From positions 4,092,001 through 4,156,000 of the forward strand of contig NC_089431.1 of assembly GCF_026210795.1 (NCBI RefSeq): a stretch of DNA of 64,000 nt. Reading direction: 5' to 3'. The translations under genes and the position numbers were made by a program. Positions 53,800-64,000 of the stretch are shown here, one piece after another. The notes beneath the pieces are model-generated. The model saw only the letters and a list, made by a program, of their open reading frames with translations, was not told the origin of the DNA and did not search any database. Each line of letters opens with the position of its first letter. Positions within the stretch are counted from its first letter, which is position 1. The DNA is from Rhizophagus irregularis. Lineage: Eukaryota.

Positions 53800-54297
53800 A
53801 TGATGAAGTCAAATAAATACTTTGTTTTCGTAATATCCTTATCTCTTATGTTTAACGTAGCTTCCGCTCTACAAGTAACCTATGATTGTAACAACGATAC
53901 TTCTGCTAAGCTTACAAATGCTCAATGGAGTTTTGATTCTAACAATTTGCCAGTTATTACCACCACCTTCCAAGGACCAGATCCTGTCCAGGCCATCGAT
54001 AGTTTCAAAATTTCCCCTCCGAATGATTTCAGTTTAGAACATGCCTATTATATATACGTCGTTGATCCTATCTTCATGAACGGTTATGGTAGTGATATGT
54101 TTAATGGTACAAAGAGTACGTATGTTGGAAGCAATCCACATACCATGCAAATACCTTATAATCCTCGCAACCTTCCACCATCTGGAACAATGGTCATGAT
54201 CTCATCAACAGTCTATCACGGCTGTCATCGCGATAATGAAGATAGTGAAATATCGTGCAAAATATGTGTGTGGGGACTATTTCGTTATGTTCCATAA
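53800..54297 (+). CDS. Small secreted protein (165 aa, 4 Cys), function unknown
   Basis: Intronless ORF; N-terminus MMKSNKYFVFVISLSLMFNVASA is signal-peptide-like (A-x-A cleavage site); TATA-like tatataaat ~65 bp upstream. Confidence 0.8.
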   Translation: MMKSNKYFVFVISLSLMFNVASALQVTYDCNNDTSAKLTNAQWSFDSNNLPVITTTFQGPDPVQAIDSFKISPPNDFSLEHAYYIYVVDPIFMNGYGSDMFNGTKSTYVGSNPHTMQIPYNPRNLPPSGTMVMISSTVYHGCHRDNEDSEISCKICVWGLFRYVP

Positions 54298-56798
54298 TTA
54301 TTTCAATGTGCATTTTTCTTAGAAATGATTTTGACTAATAAGTTATAAGTGTACTACGTGCTAAACATTAATATTGAATCAATAACATGTTTAATTTATT
54401 AAAGTAATATAGTTAAATTTTTATAACAAATGTATTTTCGCATTTTTTATTTTTATTTTTATTTTTATTATAAAATAATAAAATAATAGCATTATTATTT
54501 TTTTTTGAAATTCTATTATTATATTCAATAAACCTAAGAGAAATTTCGAGAAAGAATTTTTCATTGAAAATTTAACTTCTCTAGTGTTACACGACATGAT
54601 ATTTAAAAAGTGATTTTTTAACTTTAAAATCCACCTAAGGTTTTCACTCCAAAGATAATCTAGGATATATAGTTTTAATTTATGTATACAATGTTTTTCA
54701 TTATAGTAGAACATATAAATATAAATTTAAATTTAAAAACGATGTCAAAAAGCTAAAAAAAAAAAATTTACATTTTAATTGACATAAAGGGGACGGCTGG
54801 AAAACACTAGTTGGATCAGCGTTATCGTATAATACATATATTACGTAATTTATTTATTTATTTTATGTGACATATATTACGTAATATCGTCTTATTATAG
54901 CACCCCAGGTAAGATATCCTGATCACATGTATGTAGACCATTTCCCTTTATGAAAATCTTATTAAAAAAAACGGGTATTACAGAATAAAAAAAGGATTTA
55001 TTAAAAAAAATTTTTTTTTTAAGTACGTTCAAATTCACATTCTTAAAATTTTATTTTCATAAATTTTCTATCGTTTTGCTTCAAAGATGAATTCTGTGTG
55101 TGATGAAAGTTAATTATGTGAAATTCTGTGATTTGGCCAGAATTATGCAAGGTCGAACATCGATTCACAAAATTTGGCCAAACTTAATGTCGGCCAGCAT
55201 TATGATGATTGCATATCGCGAAAATTATGTGAAATTCTGGGAAACACAGAAAATCATCGTCCCTGGCCCCCTAAAATATTACGTAATATATGTCGGCCCT
55301 TATCATAATTCATAAATGATTGATATTTTGTGTGACATGCGTTATCCATAATACATTAATACAAGTATTACAAAATTTCCCCCGTTATACCAGATTTTCA
55401 TATCACGTTAACGAATTTTCTTATAACGTTATAAAAGTGAGTAGACTACTGCGTTATTTTTATGATTATCTATCTTTAATCTAACACAGCCACTACTACT
55501 TTTCTTATAAGGTTAAGCAGATAGTGGCTGAAACAGCAAAGAATTTTTACATTTTACTCGATAATTCAATAAAAGACCTTTATGCTTTAGGGAAATTCAA
55601 AAAAATTCACAAACTCGAAAAATTAAAAATCCAGAAACAATAAAACCAAAAGGTATGATTTGTTTCAAATAAATATTTTAACAATTTTTATTTTTAATTG
55701 ATAATCAAGGATACGTTTCAAAAAAAAAAGAATCAAAAAATGGGATTGAAACTACTAGGCCTTCTAAAAGGACTGCATTAACATATTAACATCTCGTCAA
55801 TAAAATACATCTCAGGATAATGAAGAAGAAAAGGAAAATACAACTTTTTTTAAAAAAAAATTCCAAATTTTATTTGTTAATCAGTAAAAGAAAACGATCC
55901 AATAAATTTGTTACATTCAAATATTTTACTATTTATATATTAATTAAAAAAAAAACAATTTAGGTAAAGAAGATAATTTATTGATATGCCACCTTCTTCT
56001 TCAGGTTTGTTACTTTTTTTGAGAAAAATTAAATATATAAAAAATACAAATACTAATGCTAAATTTAATTGGTAGCAAAAGTCCTTTTTATTCGCTATTC
56101 TCTTCCATAAAGAATTCGCCTTTTATTAAATAAAATCGCAAAACAAAATGGGAAAAATCGTTAAATAATTAAAATAAATTGAATTAACAAATTTAATTTT
56201 TATAACAGGTAACCCTACACAAGAAGATCGCAAGTTATTTTGTGAAATTCACTATTATGAAACAAGAAGAAAATAATTTTTAATATATTACTTTATTCTT
56301 TATTAAAAATAATTCGGCCTGTTCTTAGTTATAAGGGGATAGTTTGGGGAAATCTGATTTATTAGATAAGAATGGTTGTATTTAAAAAAATTTTCTTAAG
56401 TGAATAAATAAAAAAATAATTTTTTCTTTGTTTAAAGTATCGTGTGGACCAATTCTGAGGGGTACAGGTCAAGAATCTGTAGGTAATAGGCTATATCAGG
56501 GTACAGGTTAGCGATGCTCTAAGCTAAACTTTGAGATCGTATTTATTTATTTATTTATTTTATGTGAAGACGGACAGACTATTAACAGGACATATACGTA
56601 ACCGTGCTATCCTACTTCTAGCTATCATCCCCCCGAGGACGGACCCGAACTTCTTTAAATCCAACGAACCAGGATGATCCCCTCCCCTACCAGAAAGGAA
56701 CCAATGAACCGAAAGAAAGAAAATGATAAAGGACACTAACAAAATATTAAGAAGTTGTGGCAATCTACACATTATAAATAGCAAAACAATCATAAAAT

Positions 56799-56875
56799 GA
56801 TCCGTATTTTTCTTTCAACCCATAGGGTCGCCACCTGTAAATACTGTCATAGGTGGAATGGTTCACACTATTCTA
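56799..56875 (-). ncRNA. Conserved structured RNA motif in the element's 3' UTR (copy 2)
   Basis: Homologous to 33564-33641 with compensatory hairpin changes. Confidence 0.6.
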
Positions 56876-58087
56876 AATTGTTTGGGTGTATAAAAAGTAA
56901 ACGTAATTGGTACATAATAGTACTACATATAAAAAGAAACTAAAAAGATGTAGAAAAATCTACTTGTAAAAAAAAAAAATTTGGTTAAAATAACCGTAAA
57001 AAAAACTAAAACTTAATCCGTGAAGGACCTGCAACTGCAGTAGTATCGACTGAAACTTCGGACGGACGATTCCGTTTGTGACGATCTTCATCTATATGAA
57101 AAAAATTGTTAGCAACTGACGCTGTATTGCGTTTCTTAGGACGATGTTCCAACTCTTTGGTGTCATCTGACGTGACTTCTTTCTTCTTTAATAGTTCTTT
57201 AATGAGCTTGTCTTTGGCTTTCCTTGATGATTGATTAAAGTTAACCCCGCTATTATAATATAGTTCAAAGGATTCCATCTCCGCATCGAGTTCTTCATGT
57301 CTAACGACATCTTTACCTTTCAGGTTTTTGGTAGTGAGATAATTCATTCTCTCATGAAAGTGTCTGGTTTTGCCTGTCAGCATATTACTAACACGTCTTC
57401 GGCGTGATAAGGTATGAACACTGGTGCCATGAAATCGGGCTTCAGCTTTGATCGCTTGTTCTTTTTGAAGTAATTCTCTTGTTTCTCTCTCGCGTTCTTG
57501 TGCCGATTGAAGCAAATAATTACGTTTTTGGCTAGTTGTAGCTGAAGAAAGCCTGCGATGAAGGTTGCTCATATATGTGAACCATGAACGAGACCCAGGC
57601 GTTATGTAATCTCCTGTATCCGTATAAAGAGGATCTTTAGGGATGATGTCCCTGTATTTATGAGGAATAAACATATCTGGATAAGGATCATATTCTCGAA
57701 CCCAAGGTTGGTTACTAAGGGGTGTTATAGAAGTAAGACGGTTGAATCCTTTAATAGTGGATCGACCAGCGCGGGAATCGTCGCGATTTGCTGTCTTGTA
57801 GTAGTGAGGCGTGCAAAAACCATAGTCCTCAGAGACTAAACTGTGATTATATATTAAATGTTTCACTGGTTTGTTGACGTATTAAGATTTTAGATACAAA
57901 AAACGGTATCGTTGCGCTGCACGTAACCTATGCCTATTAAGGTCAGGAATATTTTGCTCTTTAGTTTTAAAAACTCGTCTACATGCTCGAAGGAATCGGG
58001 TTTCCTGCTTTTCTTTAACTTTGAGATATTTCGATTGCTTGAGTTGAAAATCAGTAAGACGTTTTCTATACATATGTTTATTACCGT

Positions 58088-59465
58088 TGTAGCCATAGAT
58101 ACTGGAGTAATCGCATAATATGGAGGAATAATATGGAATAAAAGATCAAACGATAGAAAGTCACATGATGGGATAAAATTAACCGGAAAGGATAAACTTT
58201 TAGGAGAAGGAATGATCTACATGATGTAATGTTTATTAAATGATTAACGGAGAACCAATAGATCAAGTGGGGAGTTGATTGATGTGGCTTAGCAACCAGT
58301 TTATCAAGTTCAACAATAGGAACAATTAGGAGGAGTAATCATAAGCCACAAATGGTAAATCATATAAAAAGGAAGGATAGCGAATTAAAGGAACAAAAAA
58401 AAATAGGAACATGTAAAATATTGATGAACTGCAGCCGCAGTAGAAGAATAGCTGACGAGACGCAGTAGAAAAGATAGCACAGCCACAAAAGATGAATCTT
58501 TACGATATAATATTTGAAAGATTATTTTATTTTAAAGAAAAGATAGCACAGCCACAAAAGATGGATCTTTACAATATAATATTTGAAAGATTATTTTATT
58601 TTAAAGAAAAGATAGCACAGCCACAAAAGATGGATCTTTACGATATAATATTTGAAAGATTATTTTATTTTAAAGAAAAGATAGCACAGCCACAAAAGAT
58701 GGATCTCTACGACATAATATTCGAAAGATTATTTTATTTTAAAGAAAAGATAGCACAGCCACAAAAGATGGATTATATCTTTACGACATAATATTTGAAA
58801 GATTAATTTGAAGAAAAGATAGCGTATTAAAATAGTATAACATATTAGAAAAGATAATATATAAATAGCATATAAGATAGCGCATAAAAGATAACATATA
58901 AAATATTAGAAAGAAATAAGAAGTAAGAAAAGAAAGAATAAGAAAGTTGGTTTAAATAGGAGCGGAATGGGAGGTGAATTCCACAGTCGTTAGATACGAT
59001 GTAAAACTTTAAGTAAATTAGTTAATTGTGAATTTTATGAAGAATAAATAAAATACCCTTTATATGAAAATTAATTGTTTCAATTGTTTTTGTTACTATT
59101 TTCTTATGATGAAAAAGTAATTTTGTTTAATTAATTGTTAGTAAAGCGTAATGTTATTTTAAAGGTAATAGGTTCGCCCTAAACTTTACTGTAATGTTCG
59201 CTTAATTAATTTTAATTGGACAAATTCATGGTGAATTTAATGTCATAACAAGAATTATGAAATGAATAAAATATAAACTTTTGTAAAGAGAACTATCGTA
59301 TTTTGAAAGAAGATAATGGATGAAATATCGTGGCGAGAGCTATCGCAATTTGAAAGTTAAGTAGTAATAGAACTAAACCAAGCAAGAATGTTAATGTTTC
59401 GCTGAGAGCACATATAACAGAAGCAGGGAACTTTGTTTACCGCCGGGTGGCAGACGGGGGTGACA
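58088..59465. mobile_element. Solo-LTR-like insertion (1378 bp)
   Basis: TGT...ACA termini (TGTAGCC vs TGTCACC on the opposite strand); 4-bp TSD CCGT at 58084-58087 and 59466-59469; no credible coding capacity. Confidence 0.82.
58468..58823. repeat. 69-bp tandem repeat, about 5 copies, inside the LTR-like insertion
   Basis: Unit gaaaagatagcacagccacaaaagatggatctttacgatataatatttgaaagattattttattttaaa. Confidence 0.95.
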
Positions 59466-60810
59466 CCGTATTCTAAAACAGATTGAACATCTCTAGCGTG
59501 TATCGCTTCTTGATATGATATACCTAGTCTATTTGAAAAGACTGATTTTTTCGTGCGACCTTTCCATCGATCGTAGATTAAATTGGCATGAAAAGCTTTA
59601 CTATTAACTATGCCATCAGGATTGGAGACAGGATCTTTTGATTTGTGATGTAGTATATCACTAAAAAATTGTCGTTGATGCATAACACACGCTCGTCTAT
59701 GTTTCGACATGACAAAAGGAACAGGTATATTACATATATGCGGGGTCGAAGAGAATCCAGGGTGAATAAAACTTTGTTGACAGGGGGTATATATCCCAAA
59801 ATGAAAACGATATCGTTTATAAGTAAAATAGAAAAAAGTTTTCGTAATACGATTTCGTTCAGTATTACTATGATCATGTGAATAGACCATCATATGTCGA
59901 GCCAATAATTTATCTCGTATGTAGTTAAAATATTTTTGCTGAATACGGCGTGGCAACACTCTTTGTGAGGAAAAAAAGTGTGTGAGCATACAACTCATTT
60001 GGTATTTAGCGTTCGGAATTGTACTTGTGTTATTATAACTAATCGGTTTAGTGTTCATGTGGTAATCATTTGTGTGTATCTTGAGATGAATATCATTGGT
60101 GTTCTGAGGATGATCATCTAACTCAAAAAAGAAACTTCTTGAACGTCGGATTTCATAAATCCTGTTATATCCGGATCGTCGTGGAAGAGTCACGTGAAAT
60201 TTGGAAAAAGAGATCTTCAAAGGATTATTTTTCCCAGGCGAAGAGGATTTTTCTATAGTACGAATAGGCCTTAATAAACGTGGACGTTTTTTCCTTTTTT
60301 TCTTTTCAATAGGTAATATCACCGGAGGAGAAGATATCGTATCCTTTAAGGGTGTAGGAGGTGTAACAGGAGCTCGTGAGGGTATTGGAGTAATGAGAGG
60401 GAGGTTAGAGAAGTCATTCTTATTCTCATAACCGGAGTAAATATCTCTGAAGTCCGCGGCGTCTGCTCGCGGAAAGCCTGACATATCTTGGGTGTTGTAT
60501 GTAGGAACCAAAACCTTGGATACGACCAAGGCGCCCGGTTGGGCCTCTATCCCCTTGGCGTTTCAAATAGAAACTAAAAAAAACGAACTTTGCAAAATTA
60601 CTGCGGAAAACTAACAAAATAAAAAAAAGGGGAAAGAGTTTTTTTTTTTTAACTTTGAGATCGTGACCTCATGTGGCCTATTCCGATATATTATCTAATG
60701 ATAGCACGTGATTTAAAACAGATGTTTTAAAACAATTTAAATCAGTTGAAACATTGATTGGCATAACCTTTTTTGTAATTTTAAACAACCTTTAGTTTTT
60801 TTAAAATTAT

Positions 60811-60985
60811 TTCTCGTGGAAGACCATCATCAGATGACGTCCGTGAGCACTTTGAAAAAGTTACAGAAGTTGATGGACGTGGTCGAAAAAACACCTCGTC
60901 AAAAGTGTAATTATTGCGGAAATGACATTATTGATTTAATTGATCAATTAAAAGATTATTTGATGAAAAATGTACAAAAATGTAT
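60811..60985 (+). pseudogene. BED zinc-finger relic (hAT transposase N-terminus-like)
   Basis: SRGRPSSDDVREHFEKV...RQKCNYCG..IDQLKDYL with a frameshift. Confidence 0.5.
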
Positions 60986-61733
60986 TACGTAATAAAGTGC
61001 TTAATGTTTTAAAACATTCTCCCTAATAGTAGCAGTAAAATCTTAGGATAGGTACAATTAATCAATTATATTAGGTTAGAAATAGCCCATTACTAATGGG
61101 CCATTAGTAATATAGTTAAATTTTTTCCATCATTGACGGAAATGACCTTGAGTTGATCTACGTGACGTATGTTACAACAGAATTATTAATAGTGAAAAAA
61201 TTGAACTGTAAACTAAACAGTTAAATTTTTTTTTATATAACTAATATTTTTTTAATAAAGTTTAAACATAATCGCATATAGTAAAGTTTTGATGAAATTT
61301 TTTTCAATAATATTTAATGAATTATATTGTCTATTTGATATATTGATTTCTTTCTTTATTTTTTATAGCACGTGGAAAGTATTTGTTGGTATCAAAAAAG
61401 GCAAAATTTCATTATCATGTCAATACTATGTCGATGCTGGCTATTGGGCATTGGCAAAATAGTAATTCATTTGAAACGTATATTATATTTAATGCTAATA
61501 ATAATAAATAACAAAAATTACTCATAATATATATCATAATCAAACATATAACTAATTTTCTTCAGTTACAATGTACACGTTTTAGGCAATGTTAGTATAA
61601 ATTTAAATTGATAGTGGGAAAAATAGTTTTACCAACCAATGAATACAAATACAATTTTTATCAAAAATATAAGCAATGAATCAGCTTCACAATTAAAAAA
61701 AAGTGAAAACTTATTACATTTATTATTAAAGTA

Positions 61734-63214
61734 TTAATTCTTTATAATATGATACACTTCAATCTCTTCTACAGAAAATACTTCCTCAGTTTCCCTAATC
61801 TCTTTTTCATAAGAATGCTTTCTACAATGACTCATATCATAAAAATCGTTTCCATATAAAATAAGGTCAGAGTTACCAAATGATGGTCCGAAACTATAAC
61901 TTCTCCATTCACCATTCCATATAGCTTTATTTTCATTCTTTACACGGCTTAAAATATGATTTTCAATACTATTACTATTATCAAAGGAGAATATAAAACT
62001 ATCTTTAGTACTGCTATAATCACCAGCAGATTTCCATTCAACTGGATTATACCCTCCAAGGATTTTATCACTACCTTTCACTTTAACAATTGTTACAGTA
62101 CGAGGTTGATTATCACAGATTTCATGAAATTTATTAACAGAAAACCCATCACGAGATCCACAAAGCATTAATTTGAATTCGTATGAAGCTGATCTATCAA
62201 TCCATTTTGAAATTAATTCAACATGTTGAATTGTAATAATTTTTGAATCGATGTATTTACGAGGTATTGATTTGCCACTTGGTCTGCTATAAGGATGTAA
62301 ATTTAAAAAAATTTTCAATAAATCTACGCATAATTCCTTTGGTAAAATTTTCTTATAAGGTAACACTTTATCAGAAAATTCTTTAGAAGTAAAATTACAA
62401 AATCTAATAAAAGGAATACATTGTCGCAACGTATTTTTTAATGTATTAAAATCATCTTTTAAAAAATTTGTAGGATCAGAGGGAAGTTCAGGATTTTGAG
62501 CAAATCCCCATTTAAGCACATGTTCCCAAACCTGGATTTCACTCATCTGAAGTTCATCATTTTGAATAATTAAAATCAAAACTTTTTCCGGAATTAAAGA
62601 GAAGTTAAGCGATTTGAGTATCTTATCTGGTTTCTTTATTATAAAATCGTTACAATACCTTTGAAGTTCTAAGAAAGAATCATTTTTAAAACTCGTCTGA
62701 TACACCAGGTTAAAATTTTGTTCTATCCAACTTGCATTGTTTTCAACCAAAAAAGATTGTAAATAGTTGTTCAATTCCTGAAGACTTAATTCGTTAGCAG
62801 TAACCAAAATTTTAAAGATATCAGAAATATCATCATATTCTTCCAAAGTAAGTTTTCCTCCATAAATATACCTAAGATAAAAAACGTACGTATGAATAAT
62901 TTTAATCGCTCGGTTTTACGGTATTTATCATAATAATTTTTTAAATTTTTTTCTTACCTTAAAATTATCTGAAAAATTTCAGGTGAAATATTAGGTAATT
63001 TTATATGTACCAAAGTTCCATCATTATTTTTTTTATTTGTTGACAAAATTCTTCGCAAATAAGGAGAACGATAATTTAATATAACCATATGAGCTTTAAA
63101 TATTTTTACGTTAGGGTCATTACCAACTTCAATAGTAATATCATAATATTCGTCATCATCTAAAATTTCAAGTAAATTTTGTGATAATTTTGGTAAAAAT
63201 TTATTACCAGCCAT
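61734..63214 (-). CDS. BTB/POZ-BACK-TLDc protein (exons 63214-62958, 62871-61734)
   Basis: BTB, BACK and TLDc motifs present; canonical intron at IILR/YIYGG; most similar to the 1907-3419 copy. Confidence 0.92.
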
Positions 63215-64000
63215 TATAAGTGTTATAATCGGTTTTACAATAAAAAAAAAAAAATTTTTAATGAGAGGGTGATGTTGAATTAATCTTTAATTTAACCTTA
63301 TATTCGTGATGTGCTGCCTCAGCCACAAATTTGCAGATCATCCAGTGACTGATTCATGCAAAATAGTAAATAATGGAAATACGCAAAGCTTCCAACAGGA
63401 TTACGGTAATTTTATTTAATAAAAGAATCAAAGATTGTTAAGATTTGGCATTTATTAAAAATATGTATCACTTAATACAAATGCTTTTACAGATTTATCC
63501 ATATTTTACCCAGATAAATCCGGTGATTATAACATGCCCACTGTATATTTGTAAAACATAAATAAATGTAATTTTTTAAAAAACAATTTTTTTATAATAA
63601 ACATCGGGTATATTATCATATTTATATTTTTATAAATATATCCAAAACTTTCATATTAAAATATCACCAAGGTTTATATTTATATGATCGTAAATCAAAA
63701 GTTAGAAAAGAACAATTTTTTCATTTATATCTAATAAAAAAAAATTACTTGTTTAGTTTTAATAAAAAAAAGATGATTTTATTATGAAAATAAAAAATCA
63801 AGCGTGTTTCATTTTTAATAAAAAAAATGATATTTTTTACTTGTATAATAAAAAAATTACTTATTTTAGTTATTTTTCATTTTAATAGATTTTTTTTACG
63901 AAAAAATCAAGTGTACTTTATTTTTTATTACCATTTTCAAAATGGTGTATGCAGTTATATTTGAATAAGAAAAAAAAGAAAACTGAATACCGATCAAATA

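Larger units (their letters stand above)
57006..60484 (-). pseudogene. Disrupted homologue of the 633-aa retroposon ORF
   Basis: Removing 58088-59465 and one TSD copy restores ...VLEYGNKHMYRKR in frame; one TAA at 57882-57884 where copy 1 has Gln (LKS*YVNKPVKHL vs LPSQYIKKSVHHL). First ATG at 60484. Confidence 0.88.
56541..60650 (-). mobile_element. Retroposon-like element, copy 2 (interrupted by an LTR-like insertion)
   Basis: Perfect 14-bp TSD AACTTTGAGATCGT (56527-56540 and 60651-60664); (TAAA)n tail; 5' end A12-CTCTTTCCCCTTT..TCCGCAGT as in copy 1. Confidence 0.9.

Noticed and set aside
55560..56270. Scattered exon-like pieces (for example GNPTQEDRKLFCEIHYYET) with splice-like signals
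   Set aside because: I could not assemble a consistent gene model or assign a family.
58492..58791. 99-aa ORF with a 23-aa repeat
   Set aside because: By-product of the 69-bp tandem array inside the LTR-like insertion.
59357..59465. C-terminal Cys-rich tail (CHPAVNKVPCFCYMC) of the 390-aa ORF
   Set aside because: Read-through into the LTR-like insertion, not part of the native protein.

Overview
Very AT-rich eukaryotic DNA with short GT-AG introns. The gene families present (BTB/POZ-BACK-TLDc proteins, tyrosine-kinase-like kinases with HRDxHSGN/DLG motifs, small secreted proteins) point to an arbuscular mycorrhizal fungus such as Rhizophagus; this is inference. Positions 1-27 kb and 61.7-63.2 kb hold a minus-strand cluster of 4 BTB-BACK-TLDc genes and 3 kinases plus relics. 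Positions 27.7-52.8 kb are a tandem segmental duplication: block A (~27760-42367) and block B (~47240-52770) each carry a secreted-protein gene, and block A is inflated by Helitrons and a retroposon. A decayed pogo element, several MITEs and tandem arrays are interspersed. The most notable item is a pair of diverged ~2.6-2.7 kb elements (31264-33877 + and 56541-60650 -). Both have long target-site duplications, A-rich 3' tails, a shared 5' terminus and a conserved, covarying 3' RNA structure. Each has one long basic ORF in which I see no reverse transcriptase or endonuclease motif, so this looks like a protein-coding, RT-less retroposon or retro-integrated RNA replicon. All coordinates and alignments were read by eye; no database search was run.
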